NCBI GenBank assembly: GCA_018716965.1
Contig: DVJF01000069.1
Location: 8,158-72,157 of the forward strand
DNA length: 64,000 nt
DNA from: Candidatus Caccenecus avistercoris
Lineage (GTDB): Bacteria; Bacillota_I; Bacilli_A; RF39; UBA660
Direction of reading: 5' to 3'
Part shown: in pieces, positions 8,691 through 17,654 of the stretch
How the letters are laid out: each line of letters opens with the position of its first letter
Numbering within the stretch: the stretch's first letter is position 1
Made by a program: the position numbers and the translations under genes
Notes under the pieces: model-generated
The model's input: the letters and a program-made list of their open reading frames with translations, nothing else
What the model was told of the DNA's origin: nothing
The model's database searches: none

Positions 8691-9539
8691 CTAGATAACA
8701 TTATTTCCCTCCATAAAATATATAATTAAATCTATTGTTATATTTGAAATGCCATGATAATTAATCTTATTTTTTATTGGTGTCATATTAAATAAAAAAA
8801 CATATTCTTCTTTAGTAATTGGCAAATTATACTTTAATGAATATTTATCAATTATATTAAATTTTGTAATTAAATTATGTTCAACAGCATCCGCATTAGA
8901 ATATAAAGGCATATTTATAGATTCCCTAAGTTCTCTCAAATAATAGATATTAGGAACAACCTTTATAAATAATCCATTATTTTTTAAAACTCTTTTTACC
9001 TCTTTTTCATTAAAAGGAGATAAAATATCAAGAACAATATCTATAGAATTTGGTTTTATAGGAAGGCGATTAACATCTCCAACAAAATAAAATCTATTAG
9101 AATAATTATAATCACTTGCCATTTCTATGGCTACTTTAGAATAATCAACACCATAATAAATATATTCAAAAGATAATAAATCTAAAATATACTTACTATG
9201 TGTTCCTTCTCCACAACCTAAATCTAGTATATTAACTTTTTCTAAATGTCCAAAATTTTTATTTAAATAATTAGCTATATATTGATATAACGGTTGATAA
9301 AATAAACAATTTATAAATTTTCTTCTATTAAAAAATAACTCATAATTATACATTTTACTCATTTTAAGATAGCCTGTAGCTAATAAAGAAGAAGTTCCTT
9401 TTTTACTAACATTAAAAGTATGGGCATTCACACATTTTAAAGAATGATCATTTAAAGAAAGCTCTTGCAAACATATTGGACAAGCCAAACAATTTCTTTG
9501 AGTAAGGAATTCTCTACAATAATTATATTTACTATTCAC
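8691..9539 (-). CDS. rlmA: RlmA-family 23S rRNA (guanine-N1)-methyltransferase
   Basis: N-terminal zinc-ribbon pattern CLACPICLQEL...LKCVNAHTFNVSKKG followed by SAM motif I ILDLGCGEG. Architecture matches RlmA(I/II). Confidence 0.65.
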   Translation of the reverse strand: MNSKYNYCREFLTQRNCLACPICLQELSLNDHSLKCVNAHTFNVSKKGTSSLLATGYLKMSKMYNYELFFNRRKFINCLFYQPLYQYIANYLNKNFGHLEKVNILDLGCGEGTHSKYILDLLSFEYIYYGVDYSKVAIEMASDYNYSNRFYFVGDVNRLPIKPNSIDIVLDILSPFNEKEVKRVLKNNGLFIKVVPNIYYLRELRESINMPLYSNADAVEHNLITKFNIIDKYSLKYNLPITKEEYVFLFNMTPIKNKINYHGISNITIDLIIYFMEGNNVI

Positions 9540-9668
9540 AATAACCTCCTCAATTCAATTTTATCATATAGCGAAGAAAAGTCAATCTAAAAAAAAGCAA
9601 AAAAATGTTCTAACATATTGAATTTAACTAATAAAATATGCTAAAATAAAAAATAAAGAGGGATAGTT

Positions 9669-9833
9669 TTGAGAATAGCAAACATTGATATTAAAAACAA
9701 AAAGTTTAGAGTTATGAAAATGGGAAGTCGTTGTAATTGCGGAAGATGCAATTGTAATTGTGGCGCTGGAAATATTTCTAAAATAATTTCCAATAAATTA
9801 CAAACCAAAATTATACAACTATGCAATGCTTAA
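9669..9833 (+). CDS. Unannotated Cys/Asn-rich small ORF (54 aa from TTG 9669; 39 aa if ATG 9714 is used)
   Basis: (M)RIANIDIKNKKFRVMKMGSRCNCGRCNCNCGAGNISKIISNKLQTKIIQLCNA. SD-like AAAGAGGG lies 6 nt before the TTG. A hairpin plus T-run terminator follows 15 nt after the stop. Low-complexity sequence, so it could be non-coding. Confidence 0.3.
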   Translation: MRIANIDIKNKKFRVMKMGSRCNCGRCNCNCGAGNISKIISNKLQTKIIQLCNA

Positions 9834-9847
9834 ATACTCTTAAATAT

Positions 9848-9878
9848 AAAAAGGTATGAGATTTACTCATTCCTTTTT
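9848..9878. terminator. Bidirectional intrinsic terminator
   Basis: AAAAA-GGTATGAG-attta-CTCATTCC-TTTTT. An 8-bp stem with one mismatch, flanked by an A-run and a T-run. Confidence 0.55.
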
Positions 9879-9940
9879 ATATTATTGAAAATATTTTAAA
9901 GATAAAACAATTAATTACTATATTATACATCAAACTTTTT

Positions 9941-10045
9941 AAATAAAACAAAAATGGAGCCTTTCGGCTCCTTCAGGGGGTTTTGGTTGACTCACTTTCA
10001 CACAAAGTCGTGAAGGTGATTCGGACATGATGTTTATCATGTCAT
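9941..10045 (-). ncRNA. Candidate small RNA (about 100 nt) bounded by its own promoter and the repeat-borne terminator (copy 2)
   Basis: Downstream of TTGACA-17-TATCAT. Hairpin GACATGAT-aaac-ATCATGTC, then a 10-bp stem TCACCTTCAC/GTGAAAGTGA (one mismatch), then GGAGCC-GAAA-GGCTCC plus U-tract. No SD-preceded ORF. Confidence 0.4.
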
Positions 10046-10049
10046 AATA

Positions 10050-10078
10050 ATGATATTATTTTTTTCGACATTTGTCAA
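10050..10078 (-). promoter_or_regulatory. Sigma-A-type promoter (TTGACA, 17-nt spacer, TATCAT)
   Basis: Minus strand TTGACAaatgtcgaaaaaaataaTATCAT, starting 25 nt after the stop of the 595-aa gene. Confidence 0.45.
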
Positions 10079-10102
10079 TTACCTTTAAGCAATTTTACAA
10101 AA

Positions 10103-11890
10103 TTATTTTAATTTACTATTTTTTACTTGACTCAAATAAGATTCATATTCTTCTTTTGCTCTAGGATCTTTATCTAAATAAATACCTTCTATCTCTCCAT
10201 TTTCAAATGCAATTAAATACCAATCTGCATTACAATAAATTTCTTTTACCTCATACATACTTTGCCTTCTTATTCTTCTCAACTGTGTATCAGCAAAATA
10301 ACTTATTGCCATTAATCTTTGATTAACTAAATTTCGAACATAACTATAATCATTAGGTTTTAAACATAACACTTCTTCTCTTTGATCAAGATATTCAAAG
10401 GTAGGTGTAAAAAGTTTTATATCACCTAAACTAGTATTTTCTTTCATGGAAATTAAGCATTGCGGAAAATGAAACCCATCATAATATGTAGAAAACTGAT
10501 CTCCATTTAATATAGGAGTAACTCTAAAAGGTAAAAATTTAGAATTAAAATCACTAACATTAGAATTACTACAACCAATCATTGTAGCAACAATAACATC
10601 TCCTTTTTCATTCATCTCATTCATAAGCTGTTTCATAAATTTTTCTATAGTAAGATATATTTTTTTGCGATCAACTATATTTCGATAAGACTGACTAATT
10701 TCAATTCCTTGGGCGACTATTACATTTCCATTTCTTATAATTATTGCCATAGCAATATCATCATCTTTAGCTCTAGACACACTAACAACCCGACAATGCT
10801 TACTAGCTATAACTTTTTTAAATAGTACAGAAGCATCACCATTTAGACGAAAGCAGTTATTAGCACGATACCCCATAACCAATACTTTAGGATCATTTTT
10901 AGCTAAAATAGATGCTTTATAATCCCCATTATAAACTTGTATTTGTGGAATAGAAGATGATATTTGATGACTAATATTTTCTTCATAAAAAGCGTAATTT
11001 AAATTTTCAATTTGTTTATCTGAATAATCACTATAAATATACTTATTATGAAAAGATTTAATCATATCATCTACAACATCTCTCTTGATATTAGGATACA
11101 CCGGATCAAAAGTAAAAAAACGATCTTTTAACAATGCTTCTACCCTTTTTCTAGATAAATTACCATGTAATTCTTTATCATAATAGGAAAAATTTTGATA
11201 AAAGTAAGAAAAATTTAAAAATAGTTCTTTACTTTTACCACTTAAAATAGATGCCATAACAGAATTATCTTTTGTCCCATTAAATAAAAAAGCCATTAAT
11301 TTCTCATTTAGAATATCTATCGCCCTAACATCAATAGGATACATCCAAAAATAAAGAGTAGCAAAGCTAACTTCGCCATATTTATCTTGTAATAATTCTA
11401 ATGAATTAGTAAACCCCATACTTAAATAAAGTTTATAAGCAAGATACGTACATTCAAGATCCAAAAAATGTGTTTGTCGAGATAATTTATAAATATCTTC
11501 ATTCTGATATAAATAATCTAATCTATTTTTAGGACATGTATGCATTTTATCTAGTAGTAATGTTCGAAGTTTATTAATATTTTTAACAGGAATTTCTAAA
11601 TATTGATTAGACGTAATAATAAAATCTAATCCATCTTCATACAAAGATAATCCCTTATACTCATCAATAACTTGAAAAATATTTTCTTTATCAAAGACTT
11701 CTAAATTACCATGATATATTTCTTTTAAAACAAAATAATAGAAATCATCAGTTAAAACATCATCAAACTGATAAAAATGTTTTAAAAGATCGGATATATA
11801 TTTTAACTTTTCACTATCCGATAAAGAGGATAACTTCTTTTTCATAATATAAATATTATATTTTTGAAGTAGCATGCTAATTGGATTCAT
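10103..11890 (-). CDS. Large hypothetical protein (595 aa), no recognisable family
   Basis: Long uninterrupted ORF directly downstream of recG; no motif recognised. Confidence 0.6.
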   Translation of the reverse strand: MNPISMLLQKYNIYIMKKKLSSLSDSEKLKYISDLLKHFYQFDDVLTDDFYYFVLKEIYHGNLEVFDKENIFQVIDEYKGLSLYEDGLDFIITSNQYLEIPVKNINKLRTLLLDKMHTCPKNRLDYLYQNEDIYKLSRQTHFLDLECTYLAYKLYLSMGFTNSLELLQDKYGEVSFATLYFWMYPIDVRAIDILNEKLMAFLFNGTKDNSVMASILSGKSKELFLNFSYFYQNFSYYDKELHGNLSRKRVEALLKDRFFTFDPVYPNIKRDVVDDMIKSFHNKYIYSDYSDKQIENLNYAFYEENISHQISSSIPQIQVYNGDYKASILAKNDPKVLVMGYRANNCFRLNGDASVLFKKVIASKHCRVVSVSRAKDDDIAMAIIIRNGNVIVAQGIEISQSYRNIVDRKKIYLTIEKFMKQLMNEMNEKGDVIVATMIGCSNSNVSDFNSKFLPFRVTPILNGDQFSTYYDGFHFPQCLISMKENTSLGDIKLFTPTFEYLDQREEVLCLKPNDYSYVRNLVNQRLMAISYFADTQLRRIRRQSMYEVKEIYCNADWYLIAFENGEIEGIYLDKDPRAKEEYESYLSQVKNSKLK

Positions 11891-11951
11891 AAATATACCC
11901 CACTAAATAATTTAATGTATATTTTATAACACTTTTAAAAAATTAGCAACT

Positions 11952-13937
11952 TTAATTAAGTCTTTCTAAATCCCGCACGATCTTTTTATAATTCATATTA
12001 TTTTTATACTGTCCACTTTTCAAATATTCTTCACTATCACTTTTCGCTTGCATCATAATTTTTAAATCGGTTTTAAGATTCGCTATTTTAAATGTTTTAA
12101 CTCCACTTTGCATTGTCCCAAAAAGATCTCCTTCCCCCCGTAATTCCAAATCTTTCTCGGCAATATAAAAACCATCATTACTCTCTTCTAATACTTTTAA
12201 TCGATCTATTTCTTTATCACTAATTAAATAACAATAGGAATCGATATTATTTCTACCTACTCTACCACGTAATTGATGAATCGTAGCAAGCCCAAAACGA
12301 TCGGCATCAAAAATAACCATAACTGTTGCATTTTTAACATCAACCCCAACTTCAATAACGGTTGTCGAAATTAGTATTTTAGTCTCATTATTTTTAAAAC
12401 GAGTCATAATTGCATCTTTTTCTCTTTGTTTTAACTTACCATGAAGTATTTCAATCGGAATTTTGCCTTGATAAGCCATATTAAACTTTTCTTTTAATGT
12501 TTCAACACTTTTTAAATCCAACTCTTCATTATCATCAATAATACTTGCTACAACATAAACTTGATGTCCCGCTTTTATCTCTTCCAATACATGCATAAGT
12601 ACATCTTTAAGTTCACTATACTTCTTTATTTTAGTAACGATTGTCTTTCTTCCACCTGGTTTATGTCTAATAAAAGATACATCTAAATCTCCATATAAAG
12701 TTAAGGCATACGTTCTAGGAATTGGTGTAGCACTCATATATAAAGCATCTGGAACTTCTCCTTTACTTTTAAGTATTTCTCTTTGTTTTACTCCAAAACG
12801 ATGTTGTTCATCCGTAATAACAAGTCCCAAACGGTAAAAAGAAACAGCATCTTCAATAATGGCATGTGTCCCAATTAAAATATCTATTTCTCCACTTGCT
12901 AATCGTGCTTTTAAAGCCTCTTTTTCTTTTTTTGTCATACTACCAACCAAAATATCAATAGTTAAATGGTAATCTTTAAAATAAGAAATAGCCGATTCAA
13001 AATGTTGTCTAGCAAGTACTTCTGTAGGAGCCATCAAAACACTTTGGTAACCAGCTAAAAAATTCGCATACATACTAATAAAACTAATAATAGTTTTACC
13101 ACTTCCTACATCACCTAATACCAATCTATTCATCTTTTTATTACTTTTAATATCATCTAATATAAGCTTTAAAGCCTCCTCTTGACTATCTGTTAAAGTA
13201 AAAGGTAAACTAGCAATAAAATCTTCTATTTTCTTTTCCTCAAAAACTTTCTCTTCTTTATATGTATTTTCATTATCATCTTTCATATAAGCAATCTTAA
13301 AAAGAAACAAAAACAATTCTTCATACTTTAAATAAACTTTAGCTTTCTTTATTTCTTCCTCTTTATGAGGCATATGTATCATTCTTAAAGCTTGCTTTTT
13401 ACTAATAAAATCATACTTCATAATAAATTCATCTGGTACATAATTAGGTATTTTAGCACTATCATCTATAGCACTTTCTATAATCTTTAAAATATCATTA
13501 CTCTTAATCCCCTTTTTAACATGATAAATAGGAATAATCTCTTTTTTGGTAATCGGATTTAATTTTATATCATCACAAATAAAAGTATTACGTTTTAGAT
13601 CATATTTTCCCACTAAAGTAATAGTTTTACCAATTACAATATGTGGTTTTAAAAAAGCCCTATTAAAAATAACAGCATACATCACCTTACCATTATGATT
13701 TACTCGAAACTGTAATTTATTAAAATTTTTTCGAATAAAAGCCGTAGTAGCCGTCGTTTCTACTTGCACATTAATAGCAATCCGTTCATTATCATATTGT
13801 TCTGTTAAATTAGTGGGTTCAAATAAATCATAACGATAAGGATAATTTGTTAATAAATCATCTAACGTATAAATACCCAATTCATGTAAATGATCTAATG
13901 TTTTAGGCCCTACACCCTTTATATCTGTAAGCTCCAT
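11952..13937 (-). CDS. recG: ATP-dependent DNA helicase RecG
   Basis: Wedge-domain N-terminus, helicase motifs GDVGSGKT, DEQHRFG, SATPIPRT, QLRGRVGR; 661 aa. Confidence 0.92.
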   Translation of the reverse strand: MELTDIKGVGPKTLDHLHELGIYTLDDLLTNYPYRYDLFEPTNLTEQYDNERIAINVQVETTATTAFIRKNFNKLQFRVNHNGKVMYAVIFNRAFLKPHIVIGKTITLVGKYDLKRNTFICDDIKLNPITKKEIIPIYHVKKGIKSNDILKIIESAIDDSAKIPNYVPDEFIMKYDFISKKQALRMIHMPHKEEEIKKAKVYLKYEELFLFLFKIAYMKDDNENTYKEEKVFEEKKIEDFIASLPFTLTDSQEEALKLILDDIKSNKKMNRLVLGDVGSGKTIISFISMYANFLAGYQSVLMAPTEVLARQHFESAISYFKDYHLTIDILVGSMTKKEKEALKARLASGEIDILIGTHAIIEDAVSFYRLGLVITDEQHRFGVKQREILKSKGEVPDALYMSATPIPRTYALTLYGDLDVSFIRHKPGGRKTIVTKIKKYSELKDVLMHVLEEIKAGHQVYVVASIIDDNEELDLKSVETLKEKFNMAYQGKIPIEILHGKLKQREKDAIMTRFKNNETKILISTTVIEVGVDVKNATVMVIFDADRFGLATIHQLRGRVGRNNIDSYCYLISDKEIDRLKVLEESNDGFYIAEKDLELRGEGDLFGTMQSGVKTFKIANLKTDLKIMMQAKSDSEEYLKSGQYKNNMNYKKIVRDLERLN

Positions 13938-13982
13938 CTTAAATCCTCCTCTTACAATTATATCAAAGAAAAAGAAGAAACG

Positions 13983-15752
13983 CTATTTTTTCTTCTTTTT
14001 CTTCTTCTTCCGATCATCTTCAAAGATATCATAAACTTCATCTTCCGTATCTGAAGTTTCTTCACTAACCGGATTTTCAATATTTTTAATTTCATCTTCT
14101 AATTTTACTTGCGTATCTTCTACTACTTCTTCTGCTTCCCCTTTTTTAGCTAACTTTTTTTCTTCCTTAAGCTTTTTTTTGGCTTCTTTCTTCTCTTTTT
14201 TTAATTCTTTTTTCGATTTTCTAGGTTCTTCTAACTCTTCATCATGCCTTTCATCATCTGTTGGTGTTGCACTATCATCATTACTATTCTCAAGAGAATT
14301 TTCCTCTTCTAAAGACACACTTTCTACAACTGCTTTTGTATCTTCCGCTAAATCTTCACTTTTTTCTTCTTCTAAAGTTTTCTTTACTTCACTAACGACA
14401 TCATTTAACTTTCTAGTTGCCTCTATTTTAGCTTCTTGTTTTAAAATAAATTCTTTAATTTTCTTTTGTTTCTTTTTCGTACTGTGAAGTAAAACAAATA
14501 TAACAATAAGCATTAAAAGTAAAGCGCCACCAAAAGCTATAATAATGTATGTATAATACTCGATTGTTTGATTAGTATCTTGAATAAAAGATTCATCAAA
14601 AACTATAGCAGCTCCACTATCTGGATCATATAAATATAAATCTTCTTTTCCTGTTTCCAAATTAATTGCATTGATAATAACTAAATTACTATCCTCACTA
14701 TACTTATAAACATCCATAGAAACACCATTTATAAGAGCTGTAGTTTTAATATAATCAAGTTCCTTATCAAATGCTACAGGTACTAAAGTATAACTTTTAG
14801 AATTAAATTCATTATATAAAGTATATTCTCCGTCTAAATAACGATATAACGCTACATTACCATCTTCATCTTTTAATCCAACTAATGTGTAATCTATCGC
14901 ATCATTAACAAAAGCAGGAATTTGAAAACCATCAATTTGAACCGTTGTCTCACTAAAAGATGCCGGTGCTGTAAGCAAAGTAGCACTCTTAACAACTGTA
15001 TAGTTTTTACCATCTATAGCCACATTAATTGGATTTTGATCTTCAACATTTACTATTAATGTATACGTTTTTTCATCTCCATTTTGTGCCGTAACAACAA
15101 TCGGTATCGTATTAAGTCCTTCCGTAACTTCAATCTCTCCAGCACCATCAACACTTGCTTTAGAATCATTTTTTACAGCTTCAACATTAACCATCGTAGT
15201 ACCTGTTGGAACAGTAACATTATATTCTAGGACATCAGCACTAAATTCCGGATCTATCTCATAACTTTCTTCACCAACTATAACATTAAGACTTTTCAAA
15301 TTATTATCTTTACTATAGCTAGCTTCCAATTCTTCTTGTGTCATAATCCGAATTGATTTACTAGAGCTAGTTAAACTAATTTGACTTAAATCTGAATAAG
15401 CATAAGCAAGATAACTACTAACAGATACTCTTGTATTTCCAGTCTTTAAAGTTTTAAAAACAAATGTATAAGATTTACTTCTAACTCCACTAGCAGAGGA
15501 ATTAACCATAGATGTTCCACCACCCTCAGCTGTTGAACTAACTAGTTGTAAATAACTTCGATCATAATTTAAATCCATCTGCCAACTACCAATAGAGGTT
15601 CCACTAGATAATGTAACCGTAAGCGTAACCCTATTTCCAACTACAGCACTAGACGTACCTGATACACTAATAGATCCACTAGCAGCATCTACCATACCAG
15701 GCATAAATAATAAACAAATAAAACCTAATATTAAAATTTTTAATTTCTTCAT
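13983..15752 (-). CDS. Surface anchor protein: signal peptide, cohesin-like domain, cadherin-like beta-sandwich domain, TM helix, Lys/Glu-rich cytoplasmic tail ending in K8
   Basis: ISVSGTSSAVVGNRVTLTVTLSSGTSIGSWQMDLNYDRSYLQLVS fits the cohesin pattern. LKSLNV...LEYNVTVPTGTTMVNVEA...GLNTIPIVVTAQNGDEKTYTLIVNV fits the cadherin-like beta-sandwich. TM segment IIIAFGGALLLMLIVIFVLL. Confidence 0.7.
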   Translation of the reverse strand: MKKLKILILGFICLLFMPGMVDAASGSISVSGTSSAVVGNRVTLTVTLSSGTSIGSWQMDLNYDRSYLQLVSSTAEGGGTSMVNSSASGVRSKSYTFVFKTLKTGNTRVSVSSYLAYAYSDLSQISLTSSSKSIRIMTQEELEASYSKDNNLKSLNVIVGEESYEIDPEFSADVLEYNVTVPTGTTMVNVEAVKNDSKASVDGAGEIEVTEGLNTIPIVVTAQNGDEKTYTLIVNVEDQNPINVAIDGKNYTVVKSATLLTAPASFSETTVQIDGFQIPAFVNDAIDYTLVGLKDEDGNVALYRYLDGEYTLYNEFNSKSYTLVPVAFDKELDYIKTTALINGVSMDVYKYSEDSNLVIINAINLETGKEDLYLYDPDSGAAIVFDESFIQDTNQTIEYYTYIIIAFGGALLLMLIVIFVLLHSTKKKQKKIKEFILKQEAKIEATRKLNDVVSEVKKTLEEEKSEDLAEDTKAVVESVSLEEENSLENSNDDSATPTDDERHDEELEEPRKSKKELKKEKKEAKKKLKEEKKLAKKGEAEEVVEDTQVKLEDEIKNIENPVSEETSDTEDEVYDIFEDDRKKKKKKKK

Positions 15753-15764
15753 ACTTCCTCCTTT

Positions 15765-17486
15765 TTATTGACTTATATTATAAGTACCTAAAATATTCTT
15801 TTGTACTTGTAATAGATCTAGGGCATTAATAGTTCCATCTTTTGAAGTATCTCCTGCTGAACTATAAGCTCCAGATAAACTATATGTACCTAAAATATTT
15901 TTTTGTACCTGTAATAAATCTAAAGCATTAATAACTCCATCTCCTGAAGTATCTCCGTAAATAACAACTGTTAAAGTTCTTGTCTCACTACTATTTTTAA
16001 TATTTACTTTATAACCAGTTCCGATATTTCCGCTATTTACACTAACACCATCTGCATTCGTAATCGTAACATTACCACTACCTGCTATCGCTTCCAAATT
16101 AGCTTTTAGTGCTGTAACCTGTGTATTAGCACCTATACCACTTATCTTATCATTAGACATAGAATATCCTGCTGAAGATACAATCGTACCTATCGCTGAA
16201 GAGCTTGGACTAGAACTAGAACCTCCATCTACTCCACCATTAGGACTATTACCAATAGAAGCACTCATATTATAATAAACTGGTATATAGAAAGCAAATC
16301 CACTATCAAGAAGACCTAAATCTCTATAAGAACTATAAGTAGACGTAGATTCGCTAGAAGGAGCTGCAATATTTGTCATATACTGATTAATATATAAAGT
16401 ATTTGAATTTACCGGAGCAACATTAAACTTTTGTAAATAAGTATTAAATTGCCCATTACTTAAATAACCATTAGCAAGCAAATCTGCTCCACCCTTAATC
16501 GCGTTATATGCACCATACCAACCATGATTTTTAGCATAATTAAGTCCACAACTAGTAATATTATTGACGCAACTACTATTTACTCCAATATTATAAAAAT
16601 TATAATAACCTTCATACCCTGGATAAACCCCACTATATAAATTATACAAACTAGTACCCGTTCCCATTTCCTGACGCATTCTAGAAGCTAAAGATATAGG
16701 GTTAAAATCCATTTCTTTTCCAGCTTGAGTAACTAAAGAAGCAAAATCAGTACCTAAACCTAAATGATAAGTATAAAAGGAAGCTCCTCGAAGCATTGTA
16801 TCTATCGCTGCTGTATAAGACGATTCTAAAGCACTATCATATTTTAAATATTCAAACTGAAAAATATATTGTTCCGTTAAGAAATTACGTGAATCCATAT
16901 AAAATGCTACAGCTTTTTGACTAGCAGCTCTAAAACTACCTTCTCTAGAACTACAACTACTATCTATATATTCTGAATTACTAGTTTGAATTAAACTCTT
17001 ACCGCAGGCACTTTCTTTTTCTACAGCCACACTCCACTCTAAATTAGTTTGTACTGCTCGAAATGTCCAATTAGGATGTTTCTCTTTTAAACTACATAAT
17101 CCACTCCAATAGCTTGAAGGAAATCCTGCCGCTTGCATTTCCGACTCACAAGCCGTAGTAGGAGTTCTTCCATCATCATAGCTAACATTACCAAGTCTTA
17201 CATATTCACTACATACATAACCCGTAGAACCATTATAATCAATCTGATACCAACCAGAGTCACAAGAACCATTCTGCCTTTCATCTGCAACTAAACTAGT
17301 AGATTTTAAATAATAAGTTGATCCAACATTTTGAGTAGCAAGCACTCTATAACCAGTACTAGGACCACTTCTAATATTATTAGTATCTAAAAATATTACA
17401 TATTCCCCACTAGCAAAAACCCTCATAACCAGACAAAAATAGACAAAGACAAAGAAGCCAAAAAACTTAACAACATTTTTTCTCAT
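15765..17486 (-). CDS. Secreted SH3b + N-acetylglucosaminidase-like (GH73-type) peptidoglycan hydrolase with C-terminal dockerin repeats
   Basis: Signal peptide. SH3b-like NIRSGPSTGYRVL. Glucosaminidase-type FP.SYW...HPNW...YMDSRNFL...IFQFEYL...YNFYNIG...GW...AIKGGA. Two dockerin EF-hand repeats GDTSGDGVINALDLLQVQKNILG and GDTSKDGTINALDLLQVQKNILG. Start moved to ATG 17486, preceded by GGAGG. Confidence 0.72.
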   Translation of the reverse strand: MRKNVVKFFGFFVFVYFCLVMRVFASGEYVIFLDTNNIRSGPSTGYRVLATQNVGSTYYLKSTSLVADERQNGSCDSGWYQIDYNGSTGYVCSEYVRLGNVSYDDGRTPTTACESEMQAAGFPSSYWSGLCSLKEKHPNWTFRAVQTNLEWSVAVEKESACGKSLIQTSNSEYIDSSCSSREGSFRAASQKAVAFYMDSRNFLTEQYIFQFEYLKYDSALESSYTAAIDTMLRGASFYTYHLGLGTDFASLVTQAGKEMDFNPISLASRMRQEMGTGTSLYNLYSGVYPGYEGYYNFYNIGVNSSCVNNITSCGLNYAKNHGWYGAYNAIKGGADLLANGYLSNGQFNTYLQKFNVAPVNSNTLYINQYMTNIAAPSSESTSTYSSYRDLGLLDSGFAFYIPVYYNMSASIGNSPNGGVDGGSSSSPSSSAIGTIVSSAGYSMSNDKISGIGANTQVTALKANLEAIAGSGNVTITNADGVSVNSGNIGTGYKVNIKNSSETRTLTVVIYGDTSGDGVINALDLLQVQKNILGTYSLSGAYSSAGDTSKDGTINALDLLQVQKNILGTYNISQ

Positions 17487-17654
17487 ATTTGACCTCCTTA
17501 TTATCATTCATAATAATTATAAACTATTTACGTCTAATTAACAACATATTACCCTAAAATTACCAGTAAAATGATGTAAAGTAAATATTTAAATTGCAAC
17601 TATTTAAAATATATTATATAATAATATATGTAATCATAAAAATGAGGGTTGTAA

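Noticed and set aside
9641-9826. 61-aa minus-strand ORF (MHSCIILVCNLLEII...PQLQLHLPQLQ...)
   Set aside because: It has no SD, and it runs through the bidirectional terminator region and the low-complexity TGYAATTG repeat. The plus-strand Cys-rich frame has better start and terminator signals, although that frame is only a low-confidence call too.
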